DNA of 64,000 bases, from the NCBI GenBank assembly GCA_963720545.1, contig OY970399.1, positions 2,944,001 through 3,008,000 on the forward strand, given 5' to 3'. Positions 30,340 through 39,231 of the stretch are shown here, in pieces. The notes beneath the pieces were generated by a model. The model was not told the origin of the DNA, did not search any database, and worked only from the letters and a program-made list of their open reading frames with translations. The position numbers and the translations under genes were made by a program. Each line of letters opens with the position of its first letter. The stretch's first letter is position 1. Origin of the DNA: an uncultured Acidobacteriota bacterium (GTDB lineage Bacteria; Acidobacteriota; Vicinamibacteria; Fen-336).

Positions 30340-30541
30340 ACCGCTCGACCTCGACTCCGGCTTGCCGGTCACGCCGGAAGACGTCGCGGCACTGCGACGA
30401 TTGCGTCAGCCGCCAATGACGAGTGAGCAGTACCTAGCGTTCCTGGCGTCCTTCGGCCATGCGACTTATGAGGAGCTGAAGGCGCGGCCGCTGTTCAAGG
30501 GCGAGCCATTCATCTTGCACGGGCAGGACGACAAGGATTAG
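30314..30541 (+). CDS. Small protein overlapping the nucleotidyltransferase, putative antitoxin
   Basis: 75 aa; GGAGGA RBS before TTG; overlaps the 3' end of the NTase gene. Confidence 0.6.
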   Translation: MKSSSGEPEPLDLDSGLPVTPEDVAALRRLRQPPMTSEQYLAFLASFGHATYEELKARPLFKGEPFILHGQDDKD

Positions 30542-30545
30542 CCGC

Positions 30546-30577
30546 AAAAAAAAGGCCCCAGGTTGCCCCAGGGCCTT
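30546..30577 (-). terminator. Intrinsic terminator of barrel paralogue 2
   Basis: Minus strand AAGGCCCTGGG-GCAA-CCTGGGGCC followed by a run of 8 T. Confidence 0.8.
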
Positions 30578-30601
30578 GCTGACGTCGTTACGGCGTTGCG
30601 C

Positions 30602-33514
30602 CTAGAACTGCAGGCGCAGGCCGAAGCGGAAGACGCGCGGGCTGATCAGCTCGTCGAGCCGGTCGAAGCTGGTCGACGCCACGTTGCGAACCCGGTTGAG
30701 TTCGGTGTTGGAGTTGAGCGCGTTGAACAGGTCGGCGGTGATGACAGCGTTCATGCTGCCGCCGAGCTTCAGGTTCTTCGAGAGCCTGAGGTCCACGTTC
30801 CAGAGGTTCTTGTAGCGGAAGGTGTCGACTTCCGGCACCACCATGATGCGCAGCTGGCCTTCACCGCCCGGAACCGCGCGCTGGGCGACGATCGGCCGCG
30901 GATAACCCTGGCCGCCGAAGATCGCCGTCGACACGTCGAAGCCTGCGGGAAGCTGGTAGAGGGCGCTCGCCGAGAACTGCCACTTGCGCGAGAAGAAGAT
31001 GTCGCCCTTGCCGGAACCGGCGGAGCGAAGTGCGACCTGACCGCCGTCGACCGACGGACCGGCGAAGCCGCCGGCACCGGCGGTGTTGAGGTTGGTGTCG
31101 GTCCTCGTCGGGTTCTGGATCGACTGCGACACGTCGTCGTAGTTCTCGACCCAGTTCATGTAGGACCAGCCGGCGCGCGCCATCCACTTGTTGGAAAGGC
31201 GCTTCACCACGTTGATCTCGACACCGTCGTAGGACCGCGAATAGCCGTCGCGGTTCTCGAGGATGCGGCCGTTGGCGGTGGCGGCGACCTTCGCGGCGTC
31301 TGGCGAATACTGCGTGCCGGTATAGGTCTGGCCGTTGCGCTCGACGGTGAACGGAGTGGCGGTGTAGTCGGCCGTGGTCAGCCCGATGCGCGGGTTCCAG
31401 GACAGGTCGCTCGCCTTGCGGTGCGTGTAGGCCACGCTCACCGCCAGGTTCGCCGCCAGCTCGCGATCGAGGCCGACGATCCACTCGTTGTCGTGGTTGG
31501 CCTTGTACTTGGGATCGATCGTATTCGACGACACCGGGTTGCGCGGATCGCCGGGGCCCGAGTACTGGACGCCCGAAGCCAGGTCGAGCTCGCTCGCCGT
31601 AGCCAGGCCGTCGTTGTTGGTGTCGGTCCAGAGGTAGGCGAGGTAGCCGTAGCCGGTGTTCGGGTTGTCGAAGCTTGGGTCGGTGGACGACAGCTGGCCC
31701 GCGTAGCGCGCGAACGATGCGCGCAGCACGGTCTTGCGGCCCTCGTCGAGCGCGTAGCTGAGGCTGGCGCGCGGCGACAGGTCGTTCCACGTGGCGCCAA
31801 CGCCACTGCCGTCGAAGTCGAGCGCACCGAGGATGTCCGGCAGCGCCGGGTTCGCGGCTGCGGTGCTGGCCTCGTTCTTGCCGACCTGGTGGTCGTAACG
31901 GAAACCGGCATTGAGGGTCATGCGGCCCTTGGTGAACGTGTCGCCCAGGTAGCCGAAGGTGTACTGGTTCTTCACCTTGAAGGCGCGGTCGCGCGTGACA
32001 TAGGCATACCCGCCTGTGTCGCTGCCCTTGAGTGCGAACAGCTTGTCGCCGCCGAACGCGCTGGTGGAGCTGACCGGCGTGCGGCGGTAGCCGAAGCCGA
32101 ACTTGAACTCGTGGTTGCCGCCCATGCCCGGCGTGAAATAGTTGAAGTCGGCGTTCACGACGTGCTGCGGGCGCTTGGTGCCGTAGAGGAGATACGCGCC
32201 AACCGCGGTGTTGGTTACGAAGTTGACGCCGCCGGAGACGTCGCCGCCGCGCGGCGACAGGCTGAAGCCGGTGCCGTAGTAGGCGTACTTCAGGTTGGCG
32301 AAGAAGCTGGGGCTGAACGTGTGGTTCAGCTCAGCCTTCACCAGGCCGTGCGGGCCGCTGTCGGGGTAGTAGCCGCCCTGGTTCCAGAGGAAGGTGTCGG
32401 GCTCGTTGCCGACGAAACCGACGGCGCGGCCGAACTTTTCCTTGGCGCCGAGGAAGTAGAACACCGAGAACATGTCGTTCGACGACATCTGCCAGTTGAG
32501 CTTGGCGTTGTAGTCCTTCAGCAGCGTGCGGTCCTTGGTCTGGTTGGTGCGGACGTTGCGGATGTCCTGCTTGCCGTACGAACCCCAGAACCACAGCTTG
32601 TCCTTGATGATCGGCCCGCCGAGGTCGACGCCGTAGTCGGCGACCTGGTCGATGTGGTCGGCCTTGTCACTGAAGCCGCCGCCGGGAAGCGCGAGGCGCG
32701 GATCGGTCTCGAGGCCGGTGCCCTTGATGTTGGTCGTCTGCAGGTCGCGGTGCGTGAAGTACCCGCGCACGGCGCCGTGGAACGAGTTGGTGCCGCGCTT
32801 GGTGACGAAGTTCAGGCCGATGCCGCCGGTAGCGACCTTCAGGTCCTGGCCGCCGGTGGTGACGTTGATCTCGTCGAACGCGTCGTAGTCGAAGTACGTC
32901 GGCGACGCGCCGATGGCCGCCATGTCGGTAATGACCACACCGTCCAGGTTCCACATCGCGTCGTTGGGCGACGAGCCCTTGCCCTGGAAGCTCGACTGCT
33001 GGCCCGACTCGTTGCCCGCGATGTTGACGCGGTCGACGACGACGCCGGGGATGGTGCGCAGCACCGCCCAGGGGTCGCGCGAGTTCGGGATCTGCGAAAG
33101 CTCTTCCTTGCTGAGCGTGGTGCCCGTGCCGACCTTCTTGGTGTCGACGATCGGCTGCTCGCCGGTGACGGTGATCGTTTCCTCAACGGTCGTGACCTTG
33201 AGGTTGTACTTGAGGTCGAGGTTCTGCCCCGTGCTGATCGAGAAGTTCCGCTTGACGGTGCTGAAGCCCGCCAGGCCCACCGTCATCTCGTAAGAACCCG
33301 GATCGAGATTGATGAACCGGAAGTTTCCCGATGCGTCGGACGTGGTGGATTTCGGGGCGGTGTTGACGCCCTTCACCGTGATGTTCGCGCCCGGAACCGC
33401 GGCTCCCGACTCGTCGTTGACGACGCCGTAGACGTTGCCCGATGCGGTCTGTGCGAAAGCAGCCGGCAACAGGGCCAGGACGAAGGCCAGTGCCAGGCCG
33501 ACAGCTCGTTTCAT
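30602..33514 (-). CDS. Oar-type TonB-dependent outer-membrane barrel, paralogue 2
   Basis: Same architecture as 26640-29534 with shared blocks (EELSQIPNSRDPWAVLR, KDKLWFWG, TLLKDYNAK, NKWMAR); terminal F; AAGGAG RBS. Confidence 0.9.
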   Translation of the reverse strand: MKRAVGLALAFVLALLPAAFAQTASGNVYGVVNDESGAAVPGANITVKGVNTAPKSTTSDASGNFRFINLDPGSYEMTVGLAGFSTVKRNFSISTGQNLDLKYNLKVTTVEETITVTGEQPIVDTKKVGTGTTLSKEELSQIPNSRDPWAVLRTIPGVVVDRVNIAGNESGQQSSFQGKGSSPNDAMWNLDGVVITDMAAIGASPTYFDYDAFDEINVTTGGQDLKVATGGIGLNFVTKRGTNSFHGAVRGYFTHRDLQTTNIKGTGLETDPRLALPGGGFSDKADHIDQVADYGVDLGGPIIKDKLWFWGSYGKQDIRNVRTNQTKDRTLLKDYNAKLNWQMSSNDMFSVFYFLGAKEKFGRAVGFVGNEPDTFLWNQGGYYPDSGPHGLVKAELNHTFSPSFFANLKYAYYGTGFSLSPRGGDVSGGVNFVTNTAVGAYLLYGTKRPQHVVNADFNYFTPGMGGNHEFKFGFGYRRTPVSSTSAFGGDKLFALKGSDTGGYAYVTRDRAFKVKNQYTFGYLGDTFTKGRMTLNAGFRYDHQVGKNEASTAAANPALPDILGALDFDGSGVGATWNDLSPRASLSYALDEGRKTVLRASFARYAGQLSSTDPSFDNPNTGYGYLAYLWTDTNNDGLATASELDLASGVQYSGPGDPRNPVSSNTIDPKYKANHDNEWIVGLDRELAANLAVSVAYTHRKASDLSWNPRIGLTTADYTATPFTVERNGQTYTGTQYSPDAAKVAATANGRILENRDGYSRSYDGVEINVVKRLSNKWMARAGWSYMNWVENYDDVSQSIQNPTRTDTNLNTAGAGGFAGPSVDGGQVALRSAGSGKGDIFFSRKWQFSASALYQLPAGFDVSTAIFGGQGYPRPIVAQRAVPGGEGQLRIMVVPEVDTFRYKNLWNVDLRLSKNLKLGGSMNAVITADLFNALNSNTELNRVRNVASTSFDRLDELISPRVFRFGLRLQF

Positions 33515-33576
33515 TCAGCCAACTCCTTGAATGGGGGAAAGGAACCACGCGGAATCCGCGTGCAACCTTTAACAAA

Positions 33577-33593
33577 TGCAACACTCGCGCCAA
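33577..33593 (-). promoter_or_regulatory. Sigma-54 (-24/-12) promoter for barrel paralogue 2
   Basis: Minus strand TTGGCGCGAGTGTTGCA = TGGC-N7-TTGCA, about 60 nt upstream of the ATG. Confidence 0.75.
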
Positions 33594-33619
33594 GTTTCTA
33601 GAAGGAATTGACCTTATCG

Positions 33620-33632
33620 AATCAATGACTTA
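33620..33632. promoter_or_regulatory. IHF-binding site candidate
   Basis: AATCAATGACTTA matches WATCAANNNNTTR exactly, just upstream of the sigma-54 site in an AT-rich spacer. Confidence 0.6.
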
Positions 33633-33679
33633 GAGGTTTAACGCTTTGCCACAAGAACCAAGTGTCTGGATCAAACCAA

Positions 33680-35815
33680 TCAGTTGGATGAATTCAGCCA
33701 TCGGCTCACGCGGGCGATATCCGCGGCATCGGTGGCCCGGGGCGCCACCTCGACATAACGGGCCAGGTACTGGCGTGCTTCCGACGGGCGGTTGAGCCGG
33801 ATCAGCAGGGTGCCGAGATTGAACAGGGTCTGCGGGTCATCCGCCTCGAGCTCGACGGCCCGGCGCCATTCCGCGACGGCTTCGTCGAAGCGGCCGGCCC
33901 CCGCCGCGATGACCCCGAGGCTGTTGTGGGCGCGCGCCAGGTTGGGGTTGGCCGTCAACGCCTGGCGAAAGAATGGCGCGGCGGCGGCGCTGTCGCCCGC
34001 CATGAGGTGGACGGTGCCGATGTTCACGAGCGCCATGGCGTTCGAGGGATCGATGCGCCGCACGCGCTCGAAAGCGGCGATGGCATCGGCGCCGCGGCCG
34101 ACGCCCGCGAGGTTGATGCCGTAGGAGACCAGCACCTCCACGTCGGCATCGCGCCGCGCGGCGTACGGCTCGAGCACCGCCACCGCCTCCTTGCTGCGGC
34201 CCGCTTCGCTCAGGTAGGCGCCGAGCAGCGAGACCACGTCCATGTCGTACGGGTTGAGGGCCAGCGCCGCCTTCAATTGCGCGACCGCTTCGGCGATGTT
34301 GCCGGTCTGGCGCTGCAGGAAGCCGAAATGCATGCGGCCGAGCGCCATGTCGGGCTTGCGCCGCACGATCTCGCCGCTGACCCGCAGCGCGCCTTCGAGG
34401 TCGCCGTTCGAATAGCGCGCGATCGCCTCGTTGATCATGTTGTCGTACTGGATCAGGTTCTTCGGGTCGTCGGCATCGGTGTAGCCGGCCTTTGCCGGCG
34501 TGCCGCTCGCGCTGATGTAGCCGAGCCCGCGCAGGCGTTCGCGCACGTCGGCGTCCTCCGCGGTGCGCGCGATGCCGCGGTCCTGGCTCTTCGCGCTGCG
34601 CAGCAGCGAACGCATCTCGTCGAGCCGCACGGGTTCGCGGCTCACCAGGTTGGCAAGTTCCTTTGCGTCGGCGCCGAGGTCGTAAAGCTCGGGCAGGGGC
34701 AGGTCGATGTACTTGACGCCGCCGCGAATGACGCCGTACAGCGGCGCCCAGCCGCGGTTGAGCGATGCCGAGAGCGCTTCGAAGTAAGCGGTGCGCGGCT
34801 GTGCATCCTCGCCGGCGACCGCTGCCAGCAGGCTGCGGCCGGCAAACGGCGCAGCGTTCGCCGGCGGCGCGACCTTCAGCAAGTCGAGAACCGTCGGCAC
34901 GATGTCGACGTGCTGCGCCGGCGAGGTGACGACGCGCGTCGGCAGGTGTCCAGGCGCGAACAGGATGAGCGGCACGCGCAGTGTGCCCTCGTAAGCGAAG
35001 ATGCCGTGCGTCGCTTCGCCATGCTCGCCCAGCGCCTCGCCATGATCGGCGGTGAGGACCACGAGAGTCTTGCCGGCGTCGCCGCCTTGAAGGAGCGGCT
35101 CGAGTAATGGCGCGAGCGCCGCATCGACGGCCGACACTTCCCCAAGGTAGGGCTCGGCGGCGAAACGCGAGGCAAACGGTTCCGGTGCGGCGTACGGCGC
35201 ATGCGGATCGTAGACGTGGATCCACGCGAAGGTCTTGCGGCCCGCCTGGGTGTCGAGCCAGCGGCGTGCCGCGGCCACGGTATCGGCCCCGCGCCGTTCC
35301 TCCATGTGGAAGGCGGCCGTTTCGCCGGTGCCGCCGAAGTGGTCGTCGTAGACGTCGAACCCGCGCGTCAGGCCGAACCGCGACTCGAGCGGGAACGCGC
35401 TGACGAAGGCGCCGGTGGCATAGCCCGCGCCCTTGAGGAGCGTCGCCAGCGTGTCGATGTTTTCCGGGAAGCGGAAGCCCGAATTGTCGCGCACGCCGTG
35501 TTCGGTGGGGAGCCGGCCGGACAGGATGTTGCAATGCGAGGGCAGCGTCACGACGTTGTGGCCGTGCGCCGTCGCGAAGCGCACACCGGCCGCCGCGAGC
35601 CGGTCGATCACCGGCGTGGCCACGCGGGTGTTGCCGTAGCAGCCGAGCGCATCGGCGCGCAGCGTGTCGACGGTGATGAGGATGAGGTTGAGGCCGGCTT
35701 CCGGCCGTACCGCCCGCGACGAACGCGCGCGGTAGAGCCAGGCCGAGGCTGAGGCAACCGCGACGAGGGCCAGGGCCGCGAGCCAGAGGGGCTTCCTGAC
35801 AGGGGGCTGGGCCAT
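33680..35815 (-). CDS. Sulfatase-like hydrolase/transferase with TPRs, paralogue 4
   Basis: N-terminal anchor; TVDTLRAD, VVTLPSH, HVYDPH, ADHGE, GLGY...DPKN; many TPRs. Confidence 0.85.
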   Translation of the reverse strand: MAQPPVRKPLWLAALALVAVASASAWLYRARSSRAVRPEAGLNLILITVDTLRADALGCYGNTRVATPVIDRLAAAGVRFATAHGHNVVTLPSHCNILSGRLPTEHGVRDNSGFRFPENIDTLATLLKGAGYATGAFVSAFPLESRFGLTRGFDVYDDHFGGTGETAAFHMEERRGADTVAAARRWLDTQAGRKTFAWIHVYDPHAPYAAPEPFASRFAAEPYLGEVSAVDAALAPLLEPLLQGGDAGKTLVVLTADHGEALGEHGEATHGIFAYEGTLRVPLILFAPGHLPTRVVTSPAQHVDIVPTVLDLLKVAPPANAAPFAGRSLLAAVAGEDAQPRTAYFEALSASLNRGWAPLYGVIRGGVKYIDLPLPELYDLGADAKELANLVSREPVRLDEMRSLLRSAKSQDRGIARTAEDADVRERLRGLGYISASGTPAKAGYTDADDPKNLIQYDNMINEAIARYSNGDLEGALRVSGEIVRRKPDMALGRMHFGFLQRQTGNIAEAVAQLKAALALNPYDMDVVSLLGAYLSEAGRSKEAVAVLEPYAARRDADVEVLVSYGINLAGVGRGADAIAAFERVRRIDPSNAMALVNIGTVHLMAGDSAAAAPFFRQALTANPNLARAHNSLGVIAAGAGRFDEAVAEWRRAVELEADDPQTLFNLGTLLIRLNRPSEARQYLARYVEVAPRATDAADIARVSRWLNSSN

Positions 35816-35902
35816 GAAACCCCATCTTAGTTAATTGCCGCTTTACAACACCGCCGATTGGTGTTTCGATGCTTCCTCCGCGTTATCCGAAGGGGTGTGC
35901 CG

Positions 35903-38032
35903 ATGGTCCGCAGGCTGCCGCTCACGCTGTTACTCGCCGCGGCGCTGGCGCCGCAAGGGCGTGCCCAGGATCCAAAGCAGGCCGTGCCGGTGTTCGGTAC
36001 AGACATCTCGATCGTCGCGGTGCCGGTGTTCGTGACCGACGGCAAGGGCCAGGCGGTTCGTGGCCTGGGCCAGGACGACTTCCAGATCCTCGACGACGGC
36101 AAGCCCGCGCCGATTGTTTCGTTCCAGTACGTCGACACCACCTCGGAAGAATCGCAGGCGGAGATCCGCCAGGTGCCCGCGGCGCGCCGCCACTTCCTGA
36201 TGCTTTTCGACATGTCGTTCACCGACCCTGGCGGCGTCTTCAAGGCGCGTACCGCCGCGAAGGAGTTCGTGCGCCGCAACCTGGCCGAGTCCGACATCGC
36301 CGCGGTCGCCACCTTCGACGTCAACCGCGGGGTGCGCATCCTCGCGAACTTCACCGAAGACCGCGCGCTGTTGTCGCACGCCATCGACACGCTCGGTGTA
36401 CCGTCACTGACGCAGATCAGCGATCCGCTCGGCCTGTTCCTCGCGAGCTTCACCGACGATCGCGCCGGCGGGGCCGCGCGCCGCACCGAAGCTGCGGCCG
36501 AAGCCATCACGTCGGCGCTGGTGCCGTTCGCGCGGCGTATGCGCGAAGCCGACCAGCAGCGCTATCGCCAGCAGGTACTGGGCCTCATTGGCAGCATGGA
36601 CGAACTGGCGCGCGGCCTCGACATGGTGCGGGGCCGCAAGCAGGTCATCTATTTCTCCGCGGGCTTCGACTACCGCACGCTGGTTGGCGAGACCGGCTCC
36701 GAGGCTAAGAACACCTCGGAGGCAGTGATTGAAGGACGCATCTGGGAGGTCGATTCAGGTGCACGCTACGGCGATGCACAGCTGCGCCAGGTGTTTGGCG
36801 ACATGGCCAGGAACCTCTCGCGCGCCGATTGCGTGGTGCACACGATCGACGTCACCGGGCTCGGCTCGGACCAAAGCCTCACGCAGACGGGCATCACCAA
36901 GGACACGATGCGCGATCCGGGCGGCCGCGAGTCGCTGCACTTCATCGCCAACGAAACCGGCGGCCGCTTCTTCAAGGACACGAACGACCTCGGCAAGAGC
37001 CTCAGCGAAGTGCTCGACATGACGAGCCGCTACTACATCCTTGGCTACCAGCCCAACGACCTGGGTGGCGCGGGGCGGTTCCACAAGGTCAAGGTGAAGG
37101 TGGCGCGCAAGAACGCGAACGTCTCGCACCGCGCCGGCTTCAACGAGCGGCCGCCGGTCGCGATGCAGACGGCGCTGCAGCGCAAGTTCGAGACCGCACA
37201 GCTGGTGATGACCGGCGAAGGCGACAACAAGCTCAAGTTCACGGCGCTGGCGCTGCCGTTTCCGGCGGCGGGCGAGCGCCAGACCCTCGGCGTGGTGTTG
37301 CAGGTGCCGATGGACGAGCTGAAGAAAACCGACAAGATGCTCCCGATCGAGATCTTCGGCTACGCGATCGACGCCGAGGGCGCCGCGGTCGACCATCTTG
37401 CGCAGCTGACGCGCATCGACCTCAGCCAGGCCGACCCGTCGGGCACGGCGCAGGGCGTCTCGTTCTACGGCGTGCTGCAGGTGCCCCCGGGCAAGTACAC
37501 GCTCAAGATGATGGTGCGCCAGTCGGACGCCGACCAGTCGGGCGTGCAGTTCCTCGACCTCACGGTGCCGGCCAACGATCCGAAGGTCGGTTTCCTGCTG
37601 CCGCCGATGCTGATGGACGAACCGGCCTCGTGGCTCGGGCTGCGCCTCACCGACGCCAACCGGCCGGCGGTGCCGTTCACGATCGACGGCAAGGCGTTCC
37701 TGCCGCGCACCTCGTTCCGCGTCAAGAACGACACGCCCGAACGGCTGGTACTCATTTCGTACGCGCCCGAAGGCCCGCAGGACATGGCGAGCAACCTGCA
37801 AATCCGCTCTGCCGTCATCGACTCGAAAGGTGTCGAGGTGCAGGCGGGCGAGGTGACGCTCGAGAAGGTGCTGCACGAGGCGGGCGGCCGGCGCACCTAC
37901 CTCCTCAACTTCCAGCCGAAGGGCCTCGCGCCCGGCGACTACCGGCTGCGCGTCGGAGTGGGCGAGTCGGGCCTCATCATGGAGTCGTACGCGCAGTTGC
38001 GCGTCCTCCCCGAGCAGCGCGCCGCCAACTAG
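35903..38032 (+). CDS. Secreted VWA-domain protein, paralogue 2
   Basis: Signal peptide; LMLFDMSFT, GRKQVIYFSAG, TGGRFFKDTND; colinear with 24431-26548. Confidence 0.85.
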   Translation: MVRRLPLTLLLAAALAPQGRAQDPKQAVPVFGTDISIVAVPVFVTDGKGQAVRGLGQDDFQILDDGKPAPIVSFQYVDTTSEESQAEIRQVPAARRHFLMLFDMSFTDPGGVFKARTAAKEFVRRNLAESDIAAVATFDVNRGVRILANFTEDRALLSHAIDTLGVPSLTQISDPLGLFLASFTDDRAGGAARRTEAAAEAITSALVPFARRMREADQQRYRQQVLGLIGSMDELARGLDMVRGRKQVIYFSAGFDYRTLVGETGSEAKNTSEAVIEGRIWEVDSGARYGDAQLRQVFGDMARNLSRADCVVHTIDVTGLGSDQSLTQTGITKDTMRDPGGRESLHFIANETGGRFFKDTNDLGKSLSEVLDMTSRYYILGYQPNDLGGAGRFHKVKVKVARKNANVSHRAGFNERPPVAMQTALQRKFETAQLVMTGEGDNKLKFTALALPFPAAGERQTLGVVLQVPMDELKKTDKMLPIEIFGYAIDAEGAAVDHLAQLTRIDLSQADPSGTAQGVSFYGVLQVPPGKYTLKMMVRQSDADQSGVQFLDLTVPANDPKVGFLLPPMLMDEPASWLGLRLTDANRPAVPFTIDGKAFLPRTSFRVKNDTPERLVLISYAPEGPQDMASNLQIRSAVIDSKGVEVQAGEVTLEKVLHEAGGRRTYLLNFQPKGLAPGDYRLRVGVGESGLIMESYAQLRVLPEQRAAN

Positions 38033-38242
38033 CTACTCTTTCGGCTCGAAGCAGCGGCGCGCCGTGTAGCAGACGCTCGGCGCGCAATACGCGGTGTCGG
38101 GGCCGAGCGCGGTGCCGGTCAGTGCGCACCAGTAGACCGCCGAGGGCGCGTCCTGCCACAAGTCTTCGTGGTCGCGGCCGAGGACGTAGTACATGCGGGT
38201 GCGCAGGCGCTTGCAGATCTCGGCGTTTCGTTCCTCTGCCAT
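38033..38242 (-). CDS. Small Cys-rich protein at the end of the molybdoenzyme operon
   Basis: 69 aa with 5 Cys; starts 1 nt after the FAD-subunit stop; GAGG RBS. Confidence 0.7.
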   Translation of the reverse strand: MAEERNAEICKRLRTRMYYVLGRDHEDLWQDAPSAVYWCALTGTALGPDTAYCAPSVCYTARRCFEPKE

Positions 38243-38243
38243 T

Positions 38244-39227
38244 TCAGGACCTCGCAGCCTGCAAGCCGGTGAGGGTGCGCTTCACCAGCGTCTCGACCAT
38301 CCCGACCTTGTAGCCGTTGCCGGCGAGCGGCGTGGCGCCGACAATCGCCTCCTTCGCGGCCGCCGCAATGCTCGCTGCGTTCAGCGCGCGGCCGACGAGC
38401 AGCGCCTCCGCCTTCGGCACGCGCCACGGGATCGGCGCCACCGCGCCCAGCACCAGGCGCGCGCTCTTCACCACCGACGCTTCGATGCCGAGTACGGCGC
38501 TCAGGGCGACGAGCGGCCAGTCGAACGACTGCTTTTCGCGGAACGAGGCGAAGCCCGCGAGCCCCGCGGGAGCCTTCGGCACGCGGATCTCGGTAAGCAC
38601 CTCGCCTTCCTGCAGCGAATTCTCGCGGCGCACGTCGACGCGCGGCAAGGTGAAGAATTCTTCCGCCGCCACGGTGCGCTCGCCCTGGCTGCCGGCGATG
38701 ACGAACGAAGCGCCGTACGCCACCAGGGCGATCGCCGCGTTCGAGGGGTGAGCCGCGAAGCTCGGCCCACCGCCGAAGATCACGTGGTAGCGGTTTTCGC
38801 CGGCGATCGCGAAACAGGTGTCGCCGCCCTTCTTCAGGCACTTGTAGGTCTCGAGACGGTAGTACCAGCAGCGCGGCCGCTGCAGCACGTTGCCGCCGAT
38901 GGTCGCGACGTTGCGGATCTGCGGCGACGCCGCCTCGCCGCACGCTTCGGCGAGCGCCGGATGCGAGCTGCGCACGACGTCGCTCGCCGCGACCGCCGCC
39001 AGCGTGTTGAGCGGGCCGAGGCGCAACGCGCCGTCCGGCAGCACCTCGAGCGTGTCGAGACCGCCAATGGTCCTGAGGTTCACGACGCGCGCTGGTTCGA
39101 TCAGCCGCTCCTTCATGCGGTCGAGCAGGTCGATGCCGCCAGCCTTGAGCACACTGTTCTTCTTTTCCGCCACGAGGCTGCGCGCTTCGGCGACCGATGC
39201 GGCCTGGGCCAGTTCGAAGGTGTTCAT
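38244..39227 (-). CDS. Xanthine dehydrogenase family FAD-binding subunit (PaoB/YagS-like, with 4Fe-4S insertion)
   Basis: AGGIDL, ASPQIRNVATIGGN, RPRCWYYR...CLKKGG..C. Confidence 0.9.
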   Translation of the reverse strand: MNTFELAQAASVAEARSLVAEKKNSVLKAGGIDLLDRMKERLIEPARVVNLRTIGGLDTLEVLPDGALRLGPLNTLAAVAASDVVRSSHPALAEACGEAASPQIRNVATIGGNVLQRPRCWYYRLETYKCLKKGGDTCFAIAGENRYHVIFGGGPSFAAHPSNAAIALVAYGASFVIAGSQGERTVAAEEFFTLPRVDVRRENSLQEGEVLTEIRVPKAPAGLAGFASFREKQSFDWPLVALSAVLGIEASVVKSARLVLGAVAPIPWRVPKAEALLVGRALNAASIAAAAKEAIVGATPLAGNGYKVGMVETLVKRTLTGLQAARS

Positions 39228-39231
39228 CGGC

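Noticed and set aside
16028..38032. Classical sulfated-polysaccharide utilisation locus
   Set aside because: No SusD, glycoside hydrolases, lyases or sulfatase-maturation enzyme, and the sulfatase-like proteins lack the formylglycine motif
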